Shown here: positions 1 through 13,870 of the stretch, one piece after another
Layout: every line of letters starts with the position of its first letter
How positions within the stretch are numbered: the stretch's first letter is position 1
Origin: Epiperipatus broadwayi
Lineage: Eukaryota > Animalia > Onychophora
Assembly (NCBI GenBank): GCA_028023455.1
Contig: JAQFVV010000011.1
Span: 2,790,001 to 2,854,000 of the forward strand
Direction of reading: 5' to 3'
DNA length: 64,000 nt
Translations under genes and position numbers: made by a program
Notes under the pieces: model-generated
Told to the model about the DNA's origin: nothing
Seen by the model: the letters and a program-made list of their open reading frames with translations, nothing else
The model's database searches: none

Positions 1-59
1 ATTGACGTTAATGTGGTGCTCTAATCTGCTAAACTATTCTGTATATAGAAGTAAACAGA

Positions 60-450
60 ATATTGGGTGTGAGTTAATTTATGATAATAGCAAGAAAAGT
101 AGTTTACTGTTTAAGGCTTGAACAGAATCATTAGCAACTAGCAAATATACACATAAATGAAAAAATGTGGGTGATGTAAGGAAGGCAGTGAAAATATTAG
201 GCATCTGCTAATTGAATGTAAATGCTTACAGGCAGAAAAGTTACAAATAATGAAGTTGTGGGAGAATAAATGTAAACAAAGTGATTATATAGAAAGTGGG
301 TTCTTAGTTTTTATGCTGTGTTTGGAAAAAAGATAAGGGGGATGTAGATATAAAGGCTATAGAGTAGACAAAGATGATGTTGTGGAAATGGGATGTAGCA
401 GAATAGAGAGGAATATGGGAAAAGTTAAGAGTGGAAAATGGAAATAGAAG
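60..450 (+). mobile_element. Decayed 3' end of a non-LTR retrotransposon ORF2 (C-terminal CCHC region)
   Basis: Hand translation gives YDNSKKSSLLFKA*TESLAT (from 80), then after a frameshift CG*CKEGSENIRHLLIECKC, a C-x2-C-x7-H-x4-C knuckle typical of LINE ORF2 C-termini. Stops and a frameshift are present. Confidence 0.5.
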
Positions 451-2016
451 GTAAGGTGGCTAAGAAGTTTCTCTGGGCATAGTGGCCGAGAGATTCCTGA
501 CTTCAATAAGAGTAGCACAATGCATCATACTGCATTGCATCTGTCAAAGACAATAGTAATTTGAAATTTAATGTTATTATTTATGAAGGCCCTCCTATTT
601 GTTTCTTTCAAGGGCAGGATTAGTGAATAGTTTTCAAATATTATGGATTATCATACTAGATTGACTTATGGGAAATAAGAATATTAAGTATCAATTATAT
701 GAAATGCTTTTAATTAATATATAAAAAATTATTTAACAAATTTATTCTGCAATATGAATAAAGCAAAAATTATGACTCCAAATGTGGCAACTATATGTAA
801 TCTTATTTTATACAACTGTAATATTTATTTCTGAAATATCTATATAAAACTGGAATACTGGTTTTCTAAACAAAAAAAATAATTAAACAGAAATAAGAAA
901 ATTTAGCTATTCTGTAAAGACTACTACTAATAATAGATATCTTGAAGATGATGAATAATCTCATTTAATCTTAGAAAATAATCCAAAATTGTATAAGATT
1001 TTAAATCAATGGCATATGAGTAATCAAATAGTTTCATTGTTTGGAATTCCATGTACCATTCAAGCACTAAACGTTACAAGTTGATCTTTGATTCATAGAA
1101 CTTTAGTCATTAAATCTACTGTTCCACAACTACACTAAACTAGGTAAAGAGTATTCAGGAATTGAACTTCTAATATTTATAACAACAATCCATCTTTTTA
1201 AAAAGCTTATTCTAGAGAAAGTTTTGATGCACTAACTCATACCAGAAAATACAATGAGTTCACCTGTACAGAAAATTACTCAGCAGGATTCTCTATTGTT
1301 TAATTCAAATGCTAAACATTCCAGGCATGGTTGTTAATATTAATAAATGTGGTACATGTAGACCAATCTATAAAAACCAAATTGAATAATTTATTGCACA
1401 GGGATTCATAAAAAGCACCAGAAATGGTAGAACAGGATGTGATCTATGAACCTTATTAAACTCCAGGGTGTACTATTCTGTGCTTACCTAAATCATATAG
1501 GCAAATGATGTATAAGAGATGATGATCTCTTCAAAAATAAAATTTCCTAAGCATATTGAATCTTAAAAATATTTTTAGTAATAAAAAGATGTGACATCAA
1601 ATGACAATATTGAATTAATTATTATGTTTTATACATTTAATGGTAGTTTTAACTTCTTCTATTTAGAGTTATCTATAATAACAAATTTGCAAGTCACCAG
1701 TGACTAGTAATAGCAATAATTTTCAACAGATAATACTTACATAGGAAGATTTTTATGTATAAGATAATTTATGTACAAGCTATGTGTGAAATTAACTTCT
1801 ATGCTTACTATTAGTTACAATTTTGGATCATCAATTACTTGAAGTTAATAGACCAGTTTTTTTTCTAATGAATAACTAGAAAAATCAATAATAATCAATG
1901 AGGAATGCATTTTCTAAACAATAAAATATGCGATTTGTGGGAGTTTCTGTAATTACAAATATCTTCAGGTACATCTTTACTTTAAAATGCTCAGTTATCA
2001 GTCAGTGGCACCCTGC

Positions 2017-2357
2017 CAAAAAGTAAAAAAATAATACCAATAAATCATCAAACATCCCAGCTTTTACAAAAGCAGCTCACCTCTCTACTGTCATCTAGTG
2101 TAAGCTTGTGTAAGTAATCAGTGATTAGTAGATGCATATAAAATTCTTATTCTTAGTATTTAAATTTCAAAGAGTTCAGTTAGCAGTCTATGGCTCTCTT
2201 TCAAAAGGTAAAAAATAATAACAATAAATCTCCAAACATCCTATCTTAAATAATGTGATATGATAAAAGCAGATCTCCATTCTAGTGCCATCTAGTGTAA
2301 GCTTGAGTAATCATAATTATCAGATACATATAAAATTTCTATTCTTATTATTTAAAT
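2017..2357. repeat. Degenerate direct duplication, ~150-bp units at ~2017-2166 and ~2202-2357
   Basis: Shared blocks aaaaaataata.caataaatc, caaacatcc, aaaagcag, catctagtgtaagcttg and attctta.tatttaaat occur in both units. Confidence 0.7.
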
Positions 2358-5300
2358 CCTCTTTCTTAGGCTATTTACTGGCTTTTGTCTTTATCAATGA
2401 AGCTTGAGATAGAAGTAGAGATTTATTAATAAAAGCAAAAGCTAGAACCAGTATGAGGAAGTGGATTTAAACAATAGGAATAGTCATTATGTAGCAGTCA
2501 GATTTGTATATTCATGTAACAAAATCCAGAGTCCAGGCAAAATATACCAAAGCTGACCGAAATGTGATAGTGAGATCTCAAATCTGACCAAACTTCAACT
2601 CATTTATCAGTACACCATGATTTAATACTGTATGAATGACATTTCTGAGGTTACACATGGGTCTCAATTTCTTCTGCAAGCTGGATCTGAACAGGGAGTA
2701 ACATGAGACTCAAGGGGAATTAGCAATTTAACTATAACAAGAGTTTAATAGGCTACTTAACATGCTATTAAACTTAACTAAAACAATGCATATCTAACAT
2801 ATAAAAATCATTTAGTAGATGAGTTTAGATTTCAAGCCAACGTTTATAATTTAAATAAGTTTATTAAAAATAATTAATAAATCAAAACAAAACAAAGTGA
2901 TATTAATTTTAGAGTTAATATCTGAACGAATGCAGCAGGCGTTTCATAATGAATGAGATTATTAGTACAGAAATCTCATTTTTAACATAAAAATAAGTAT
3001 GCAGGTGTGTTTGTGCAATTACTAAAGCCATACCTATAATATTTAATATGCCAAACCTATTCTTTGCTTGGTTTGCTAACGTTACAAATTTACAATCTAG
3101 CGGAGTGGATTATTCAATACAACACTAAGATGGCTATTACACATACTGACTATATGAGCAATTAAATAAGCTCAAGATAATGCAAATTCAATTTGGTAAC
3201 CCAGATTAAGGTATCAAACTAATTCTGAAAAAATAATTATCAAGGAGGAAAGAACTGGTTACTTTTTAAAACTTTATTGAAAATATATAGTTTTTATTGG
3301 AAACCCATGAGTGTGTGCCTGCATGTAAGCAAATCTAATTCCATTCTAATCACATTTAATTTTTTTTTTTTTCAGAAAATTAAAAAAAAAATTGAGTTTT
3401 AAAAGAGCATGTGTAGATTCATTGAAATGATGTAAATAGGAATGTTTTGAATTTGTTTTGGACAGATTTCCATTCGGCATGATTTTATCAGTTGTTACGT
3501 TTCTCTCGTGGGAATTCCATTTCTCAGAAGGATAACGCTGACACAATTTATTTTTCCTATTATTATTCTGAAAACTGCTTATGCAAAGAAATTAGATAAA
3601 ATTTTAAAAATTACAATTGCGAGAGAATTGTGTAAAAACTGACAACGTGTGAAATATAGAGAGTTCAAAAGAAATTTAAAAAAAAAAAGTTCTTTGTCAT
3701 GTTAATACATAATTTACTTTATCAGCGTAACATTTAATAATAAATCGCGACTGTTCATTTTGGTTGAAATTATTTCAGTATATATATAAACTATCATTGT
3801 AGAATCAATCTGAGAACAAGGCTTATAGCATTAGATGAATTCGTTTAAACAATTAAAAGGATGCAGCAAAGGATATAAAAATAAAGAGAAAGACGATTTG
3901 GTCTTGTCACAACGATAAATACTAATGGATAAATTTACGCGGTAGAGATATCTGGAATAAAGAAAAATACTGAAAAAGAAAAACAATAAACAAGAACAAT
4001 CTCTACTTTACTGCTACTTATAATAAGCTAAAGAATTAAGTGATTTATCCTTACTAACCTTCCTAGCTAAAGACAAAAATTTATATATAGTAAATAAAAT
4101 CTGAGGATACTAAATAATGTAGTTACTAATCTGACATCAGATCTACATAACAATTCAAGCAGGCTGGTTTGGGTTGAAAATCTAAGGATGTTCTGAATTT
4201 CAGGTTTTTAGTATGAATAATAAAACGGAGTTTAAAGATGGTTATTGGATGCATTACTTCCAGCTGTGAATTTCAAACCTTACCGTTAAAAACAACAACA
4301 ACAAAAAACATACCAGAAATACTATTCTTGGGGATTTAAATTCATTATCATCTCATTACTCAAGTTTACTATAGATGGCACTAGGGGGAAAATACTTTTG
4401 TTATGTCACATAATGTAAAAGATAAAAAATACTGATTATTTATTATTATCATTAAGAGAGAGAGAGAGAGAGAAAAGACTAGAAAAAAAGTCAAAATAAT
4501 AATTATAGATGGCACCAACAGAGACAATTGCCTAAGTAATTTCATTTTGTAAAAGTAGTTCCTGAAATATCAATACCAGGATTACTACAGTTCCTATTAA
4601 ATTTAAAATGTAAACATCAAGTACTAAAGGTGTTCTAAAAAGGTTCCAAGTTAGTTCCCAATAGCAGCACAACACATCTATTTATTCAACTAATGTTAAA
4701 TGACATATACCATAAATACTCTTTGCAAGGATTCATATATAGATGTTTAATAAAAACAATATTACTTCAAAATTACCAAATAATGTGACAAAATATTAAC
4801 GTAATTTTATCATATTAATCTGTAACCCTAGAGCAGCTGTAGTGGAACATATGATAGACTCCATCATCTTCTTTTATATTTAAAGATTTTGGGACACATA
4901 TAAAATCTGGTCGATAAATTGCCTAATCTGATATATTTGTTACATTGGAAGAGACCTATGAATGGTGATGTTCCACTTTTTTATGAAAGATAAGATTTCT
5001 TGGTCTCCTTACTGTGTACCCAGAATGTGTCATTATCTGTTTTCTTTTAGCACTGCCAGTCTCTTGACCTTTTAAAATAGTAGCATTAGTTTTACGCATC
5101 ATACAGCAAGCTAAAAGCATTTTCAAATAACAACATAGCTCAAATACATAATCTTTTTTTCATCGTTTTTTTTTAAATGTTCATATATTGATGGCAAATG
5201 AAAAAAAAAATTAAGACAATGGATCAATTTTAATTTGATGGTTTTTGGCCTTATCATGTTTCAGACAGTTTTACTGAATGACTAAATCATTTCAACATAT

Positions 5301-5809
5301 ATTTAATAAATTGAAAATAAAAAAGGATCAAATATTTAAGCTATTTAAAAGTGATGCTTAACAATTGCTTTAAAAAATATTATTTTCATACAAAATTCTA
5401 TCTCACTCAAATTACATGAAGAATATTATTAATATTCATAACAATCTGCATTAAAATAAAGTAAAACACCTCTTCTACTAGTCTATTATAAAATAACAGT
5501 TATTCCAACATTTCTTTATGAAGAAATCAGTTAATTAAATGGTGGTCAATGAGGGATTATAGTTTATTGATTTACCTTCTTCTACTAAGAATAGCTGGAC
5601 ATATATTTACCAACTTATAATTGGGTGGCTGCCTAAGTTGACTATGGGCCAGCTTTCTAAAAAATAAGTTCCAATATGCTTAAAAAATTTTAAGCTATTG
5701 CCTATGTCATATTAAAATCCCAAGCATATATAAATCAACCATATAGGCTAAACATTATACCAGGAAATGCTTATGTATTACATACACACATGTTTGTATA
5801 TATGTATAT

Positions 5810-6052
5810 ATGGAAATCTTTAATATGCTAAATCGACTTAATTAGAGCATTTAACCTAAAACAACTGCACCAGGCCAAGAGTCAAAGTAAACTGACTGAG
5901 TGACACATCCAAAAGGAGGATCCAATTTACCACTCTAGATGCATCAGTCTGTCAGTTTGCTTTGACTCTTGGCCTGGAGCAGTTGTTTTAAGTTAAGTGC
6001 TGTCTAATTAAGTTGATTGAAATGGATTACTCCACACATTCAAGATTTCCAT
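5810..6052. repeat. Foldback (MITE-like) element
   Basis: Arm 5831-5896 (aatcgacttaattag...gccaagagtcaaagtaaactgac) is the near reverse complement of 5951-6018. An outer pair atggaaatctt (5810) / aagatttccat (6042-6052) extends it. Confidence 0.85.
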
Positions 6053-6690
6053 CATTAAAAATATTTACAATATGTAAATACTGTTATTATTTTTATTGTT
6101 ATTACAATAGTTTTTTAATTAATGGACGTTTTATTTATATATATAAAGCAGTAAGTTGATAGATACTGGAATGGACATTACAATATTGTTTTTCTATTAT
6201 TAATATATTTATATATATTCTAATATTTTTCATGAATTATGGATATAAGTTACATGATTTGACAAAAAATGTCAATATTTCATATAAAATTAAAAATAAA
6301 TGTTTTTTTTTTCCAAACATAAAAACAGAGTATGAATTTAAATGAATTAAAGATGATGCAAATTATTACATTTTAAAAAGTTTTAATAATACAAACATAT
6401 AAAAATGAAGCAACAAATTTTGATAACACTAAAACCATGAAAAAAAACAACTTATACTGCACAACTTTTAACAATGGTATTTATTAAATTATTTCTCATT
6501 GACATTAAAATTAATAGTAATAAAACTTTTAAGAGCAAAAAATTTAAAGAGAGATAAATGTAACCAAATATTAATCAGATTTTATACTTAATGATTTAAA
6601 TATATGAATAAATTTATATTGGCTAATATAAAGTAGATTTTAAAGCAAATTTTCACATACTGTCATAAATGAATTTATTAGCAATACTAT

Positions 6691-6704
6691 GAGAGAGAGA
6701 GAAT

Positions 6705-6758
<54 letters not shown>
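6691..6758. repeat. (GA)n microsatellite interrupted once by ATACC
   Basis: Read directly from the sequence. Confidence 0.95.
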
Positions 6759-6761
<3 letters not shown>

Positions 6762-8119
6762 CCATTGTACTGTGAGAAGCCAGAGGACATTAAAAATATA
6801 AAGGAATCATATGAAGAGATACGAAGAGAAGCTGTATGAATTTAAGGAGAATCTGAAACAAGAAAACAAGAAATGTATTAAGGAAAGGGTGGAAATTAGG
6901 AAAGATCTCCAAGGGTTGAGAAATAGACTAGCCAAGGTGGAAGTAGAGGGAAAAGAGGCTCAGAAGTCAGAGGCTGTTTCTAAGGGTCATTATGAGAAAG
7001 GAGCAACACAGACTAATGAGGCTTTGACATTTGTTTCATCATTCTTATTAACCACTTAACAGCTTTCCAAATCAAATCATTAGTTTTATATACAAATGCA
7101 TATTATTTTCAAGGAGTTCATGAAAATAATTAAGTTGGAAATGAATTCATGTACAATATGGCTAGTAGGAATCTCTACCCTGTGAAAAAAATTTTGAGGA
7201 ATCTTTTGAAATTTTTTAAACCTTAAAATTTTATTACTTTATCATGAATTAAGACTTTTTAAATTAAGTAAAATTTTTAATTAACATTTTTTAGCACTTG
7301 TGAGTTTTCAAATAAACCAAGATGGCAGCTCATATTTTTGATAAATATACAGTTTCAAGAGCCTATAATTTATTGAAGAGATGTTAGTAGTTAAATTAAA
7401 ATAAAATTAATAAATTAATTGTTAAATTTTAAAAAATGAATAAATTGCAATAAATTTAATTAAGAAGCTTTATTTCAATTTTATTTTTTAATTTATAATG
7501 TTAAGCAACAAGATGCTCTTAACATTGTTGTATTTTGGTTCAATTCAGCATTTTCCTTTTTGTCAGCAGTTTTTTTTTTTGTAAATTGTCATAATGATAA
7601 AAATTTGGATGTTCCTACTACAGAACATGATGCAGTAAACTATTTCCAAAAATACTGGATCCGCCCATCCAAAAATTGTGTGATAATGGTCATAATATGA
7701 TTGCACACTGTTAACAAGAATAAAGTGTAAATATTGTATATATATTCTGTTAATAAGTTTATCCAAAAAAAACCCTAAATATTGTAATACATTGTACAGG
7801 CTTAAATCTGCATTTATATATGTAATATATGCGGGATTCATACTCAGACTTTTTCCACAATGACTTTTTTTTAAAAAATATATAAAATGTAATTATTAAT
7901 TATAATGTTTCCTAGCAAGCATTTTTTTTGTAAACATTTTGTGGGGGCCCCTGAAACTGTATATTTATCAAAAATATGGGCCACCATCTTGGTTTACTTG
8001 AAAACTCACAAAAAAAGTAAATATTGTATAATACATATATATATGTAATAATATTATAATTGGATGTCTGTATTTTTTTAAATCAATATATAATATTTGT
8101 CTGTAATCTTGTAATTGAA

Positions 8120-8286
8120 TATTTATAAATACAGTAATTAAATATATGTAAAGTATAACTTTAAAATTTTTATCCACGTGGGACCTCTTTCGATTATCCT
8201 CATCCAGGATAGTCAAAAGTGCTCCTAAGTGGATAAAAGTTTTAAAGTTATACTTTACATATATTTAATTACTGTATTTATAAATA
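8120..8286. repeat. Foldback of ~80-bp arms around a 5-nt loop; arms contain a possible hammerhead 3' half
   Basis: The outer 58 bp of the arms are almost perfectly complementary. Pairing continues inward to gattatcct-catcc-aggatagtc (loop 8201-8205). The arms read cGAAAgaggTC (minus) and cAAAAgtgcTC (plus). Confidence 0.8.
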
Positions 8287-9767
8287 TACATATATGTTTA
8301 TTGTTTGGTGAATGAATATTTAGCTATGTTTTCCTTTGGCTGCATAATACAGCAAATGAAAACTAAAAAAAGAAGAAAATCGAGAAAATTTATCAATTTA
8401 AATATTATTTAAAAATTATTATTTTAATATAATGAATATATAAATATTAAATTATTAATTTTCTTATTGTATAGTTTATATTTATGTAATAAATAAACAA
8501 ACACATATCCTACATTAAAAAAACACATAAGTAAATTATAATTATAAATTTATTAAACGCTTACTGAGGCTATAACCTCGAGAATATGCATGTAAAATGC
8601 GATAGTAGGGACCTCTACAAGTGTTTAACCACAAGCTTATATATAATAAAACATACAACCTGATATATTTTATTATAATTATTTATTACATAAATAGAAA
8701 CTAACCAAAAAGAAATATTAAATTATTTTAATATATTAGATAATTAAAAATTATTTAATAAAAATAACAATAAAAGATTTAGATAGCAATATGTAAAATA
8801 AATGGATGAAATAAGGGAATTTTTTGAAATGATGTGAAAAAGAAAAAAATTAAAATATCCAGCCTTATTATTATCGTAAAAATATTTAATGATATTAACT
8901 TTTTATATTAAAGAGGTCATTAAAGTTTATGGTGTTATTTTAAAACTGAATTGCAAATTATCACTAATGAAGATTGTGTTATCACTTAATCATAGTACTT
9001 CATTGTTCAATTATCTTTTCTTACTTTCAAGCAAAGAATAGACATATATACATTTAACTATTCTGGGATTATTCATCTCACTGAGTGAAATATCTTGAGA
9101 AATAGTTATTAAATGATGAATAATTATAACTGCAAATTTTAAAATAAAATTCAAATATTATTATCTGCCATGATGACACACAGGCATTTTAAAGTAATAT
9201 TTTTTATCACCAAATAACAACTTCTGTATTATTCTACTCCACTTAAACTTTCCTTACATGAGTGTTTTCAAAATATTTTTGGTGTTTAAAAAGATCTCTT
9301 CAAATATTCTTATTTTTTCCTATGGCTTTTACTTTTTCATGTTTTGCAAATTATTTTTTTTCTACTTAAAATTTATCCTAACTTTCTACTAGCAAAACAA
9401 GTTCTTTTTTTCTGAGAAAAAATAATCGTCAATTATATATATAAACTAAAAACATACAATTATATACTTATCAAGGAACTGAATCTTGTGAATTAAAAAA
9501 GTATAGAAATTTAGCATAAGCTAAGATCACTGTTTAGAAGCAGAGTAAAATTGTTATGAGTAGTAGTTTTAAAAAAAGTTTATATTACTTTTCTTAGTAA
9601 ATAGTGGCATCTTTGCATTGTTAACTCTATTGAAATTAAACAACAACCAAGAGCAGTTGAAATTTATAATTTAAACAAGTGTAAACAGATATATATATAT
9701 ACACACACAAATAAAATGAATGTTAATTAAAAACTGTTGTAATAATAAAAATAACAAATATAATGGC

Positions 9768-9885
9768 AATTAACTATTACATACAGTCTTTCAATCCACA
9801 GAAGTACTTTTGTTTGATTCCTTAATGTCAAGGAATTAACTGAAAGTACTTCTGCAGATTGAAAGACTGTATGTAATAGTTAATT
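9768..9885. repeat. Foldback of ~56-bp arms around a 6-nt loop; arms contain a hammerhead 3' half
   Basis: aattaactattacatacagtctttcaatc...gaagtacttt pairs with aaagtacttc...gattgaaagactgtatgtaatagttaatt; loop aatgtc at 9824-9829. The right arm has GAAA-GTAC-TT at 9842-9851. Confidence 0.85.
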
Positions 9886-9939
9886 ACTATTATATATATT
9901 TTTTATCGATATATACATATATTGAACCAGGTGGGAGAG

Positions 9940-11250
9940 AATTGCTGTGATTATCTAATTTAAAATCTTGATCTTAACTTTGGCTGCGCTCTCACTATTG
10001 CAGCAGACTGGCCCTTCAAGCAGAGAAGTATACCATGGGTAGATGAAACACCAACATACCTACAAGCAGACCAAGGCCATACAAAGGACAACCTATGATC
10101 ACATTTTCCAGGCTATAGAATTTCTCAGCTGTTAGATTCAAACCCCTGCCATCCAAAGCACTTTATTTGTTTTGAGGCTTAACCTCAGGTGTCAGCTAAC
10201 CACAAGTTATATAGTCAGTATGTCCAGATGACTGTGCTTGATATATCTCCAAGGTAACTCCTTTCCTTATTTGTTAGGGAAAATCTTTAATGCACTTGCC
10301 CAATATTTATAATTAATTATAACTTAACCTAACAGCATGCAGTGTTAAACAACAACCAAAGTGTATGGCTAGCCTTTGATCCCAGTCCTTAGTATTATCA
10401 AATGGTTTCCACCTGGAACTCATGCCCATCTCATGATCCATGAATTATGGAAAATCTCTCTCTCCTTCAATGAAAGTGGAAAAATCAGTAAGAAGCCAAA
10501 CCATTGATAGAAATCAAAGGCCAACTGGTTGGTGATTGACAAATCAGGCACAAGCAAGGAACTGTATCCATTAGAGTGTAACATGCTATCCTAAAGGTAC
10601 ATATAATCCATATTATCCCAATTTAAAGATTTGAACAATTATGTGCATGAAAAGCTTTAATGAACTTTAATGACTATAGTAAAGTAATCTTTAAATTGCT
10701 TCCATAAATTCTTATTATATTGCATTTAAAATGTGTGTGTCATATATGTAAAATTTTATTATAATGAGTTTTAATTATGAGTGTGTGTAAATAAATTATT
10801 TGTTTGCTTAATTATTGTCTGATCAATTCTCTCTCTTATAACTATGTCACTAATAGGTTAAGTTATAGTTAATTATAAATATTGAGCAAGTGTGTTAAAG
10901 ATTTCCCCTAACAATTGAAAAAAGGAGCTAGCTTGGGAATATATCAAGCACAAGATTGTATATCTGTTATTTGGGCATTCTGACTAAATAACCTGTGGTT
11001 AGCTGGTACCTGAGGTTAAGCTTCAAAACAAATAAAGTGCATTGGATAGCAGGGTTTGAATCTAGCAGCTGAGAAGTTCTATAGCCTGGAAATGTGATTA
11101 TTGGTTATATTTTGAATAGCATTGGTCTGGTTATAGGTACCATTAATGTTTCATCTACCTGTGGTACTCTATTTCTCTGCTTAAAGGGCTGGTCTGTGCA
11201 GTAATGAGAGGGCATCTGGAGTTAAGATCGATATTTTAAATTAGCTAATC
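9940..11250. mobile_element. Large foldback element: ~390-bp inverted arms (~9940-10330 and ~10855-11250) with a ~520-bp spacer
   Basis: For example ccaggctatagaatttctcagctgttagattcaaacccctgc (10168) mirrors gcagggtttgaatctagcagctgagaagttctatagcctgg (11049). Similarity runs colinearly through both arms. Confidence 0.85.
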
Positions 11251-13870
11251 TAAGGATTGGTGGACTCCATTTTTACAGTTGATTATAATATCAGTATATG
11301 TATGTATATATGTACATACTAAAAGGGAATGAAAGATAGCCTACATTTTTATTAGTATTATACATTAATAAAAATACATTTTATTAATTAGATATATATC
11401 TTCTTTTATAGAATTAATTATTTAATACACATCATGATATTTTTTAATTTTGTGGTAGAAAATGTAATTTTTTTTTGTTTATTATCTTTATTCAATTTTC
11501 TTTTATTTTTTATTTTTTGTTTCTTTTCCCTTTTTATGGTGGATGTTTATTTGCTATTCTAAATTTGGCAATTATAATGATGTATACAAAGTAAACAAAA
11601 ACAACTATATGAAAATAACATTAGAAAATGCTAATAAGAAAAATGTATAAGATAAATCTATTTATTTGTTAAAAAAAGATTTAAGATTTACAAACATGTA
11701 TTTTTTTTTCCTGTGTCATGAACTGTTTATATCTATTTTAGGTATCCATATTATTTATTTGGTTATTTATTATTTTGTTGAAACAATTGTAAAATATTTA
11801 AAAAAAAGTTAAAAATTGACAGACATATAAATTAACAACAGAGTTTGAATAAATATTACACATAAGAACATGGCAATCAATGAAGCAATAAAGAAAAAGG
11901 AGATGTAAGTTCATACTTTTAATTTTTTTCTTCTGACAGGCAACTATTTTGTCTGGAAAAGAAGTAATAACAAACTTTGTCCTCACTAGATTTTTGTTTC
12001 TTCTACCTAAAATAAAATTTAAAGAAACTTTATTTCAATTAAGTATATACTGAAGAATGAATAGGTAGAGGAATTTTGCTAGATGAGGTTAGTTCCTCTG
12101 ATCTATGACCCCAGATAACATTACAAAAGGGGGGAAAGTTATCAATAAGCATGCACCTGAAAGAAGGGAAATTGTTTTAAACAACCAGCTATACCATGTC
12201 CAGATGATGAAAATAAAATTGCTATTAGTTCATCTCAGCATGACATGCAGAAAGAATACTTCAAAAAGTCAACTTCAACTCTTTAGAAAATTTAAGCATT
12301 CGTTAACAAGAAATTATCTTCCATGTAAATAAAATTCAAGCAAGGATAAACATAAACACTTTAAATACCTGTCAATTAAAAAAAAGTAAGAAAGATATTT
12401 AAAAAAAGGTCCATCAGATACACATTATGTTTTTAAAAAGAAAAAGAAATTGAAGTGTATACACATTTATTCTTTTATTTCTTTAGTATGTCATGACAGA
12501 TCAAATCTCCATATGAGGTATTGTCTTTATTATTTTTTTTATAATATACACATACATATAAATAATATGTGTAGCATATATGCATAGTATATAATAAATG
12601 CCTTGTATGAATTTTGTTAACATTTGTGCCCAGGAAGACAATATTAAATACAAACATTTTGATGCAATTGTTATTACCGAAATTTTTTTTTTTGACAAAT
12701 AATTTGTGGCCATTCAATAATTGTGAGATATGTTTGAAGGGTAGGTTGGATATAATATTATGCATGTAAGTATTTATGTGCATAAACATAGGAATTCCTT
12801 TATTATTTATAAGAGTTTATTACAAGAAGATATTTGTTAGAGTTAATTATGACTTAGTGATAAAATCTCTCATTAGATTCATAAAAATTAAATGCGATAC
12901 AGAAAAATGTACGAATTCTTTTGCCATAATTGGGGACTACTTGTAATAATTTAAGAAATCTATATTTGGATATTCCCAAAGAGTGATGTGTAGTTTAGAA
13001 AATATATATTTATATTTAATATAGCCTAAAGAGAATATTGATATATTTTTTAATCTGGATTGCAGAGTTAGATAATTCTACCTTAAAAAACAAATCTCTG
13101 ATGTTAACAAATGCTACTATTATTATTATTGTTACATCTTAATTATTCTTAGGAAGTGAAAGCTCTTCATTCAGACACAAATGTAACTTAATAAATATAT
13201 TATTAACATAAATATATTATTAACAAGTGTCACAAATATAAATTTCGAAATCAGGTGAAAAATTTATAAAATAAAATGGGTAATTTGTCTTAGTTATTTT
13301 TTTATTATTGCCATTCTAGAAAGAAAAAAGAATAGTATCATAAATAAATGACAAACCAAAAATGACTTGTTGTAATTTCTTTTTTTGTTTTGAATCTCAT
13401 CATTTATCTGTACATGTGGGTTATGGTGCAATATTTAATTTTGAAAACTTAATTAATTTTACCCTGAGAATTTTTAAATGCTAATGATTACTTGCACAAG
13501 CATCATTAAGCAGCTATATTATATAACAGTAATAATTTAGAAATATTAAATAATTTATATGTAGTTGTTTGTTAGTATAAATTAGATTCAATAAAATATT
13601 TTCTTTGTTTCAATTTTATATTTTGGCAATTGATCATGTTTTGTTAGTTACTTTTAACATTAAACCCTGAACGCAGGCAAGTAAAGTATTGAGTGGGAGA
13701 TAACAAAATTGGATACATTCTGTTTGTTTATGTTATGAGTTTGATTTCTTTAGTTATAAGGTATACTTTCAAAAGTTAGCCCATTACCATATGCCAGTAG
13801 AGTCTGATGCATAACTGAGAAAGGTTGTTGTTCTCTGTATTTTCCTGAAGGTTTGTGTTGATGGTGTTTT

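Noticed and set aside
5890-5955. Hammerhead in the centre of the 5810-6052 foldback (CTGAGTGA; ATGCAT-C)
   Set aside because: There is no GAAA at the required position and the core register does not fit.
6811-7059. Host coiled-coil protein gene
   Set aside because: It is 82 aa with no splice or family evidence; more likely a LINE ORF1-like remnant or a purine-rich chance ORF.
10175-10200. CTGAGG-N5/6-CCTC-(G/A)AAA hairpins (also 8564, 11010) as hammerheads
   Set aside because: There is no N3-UGA-N-N8-A core upstream of the hairpin, and no stem III/UH.
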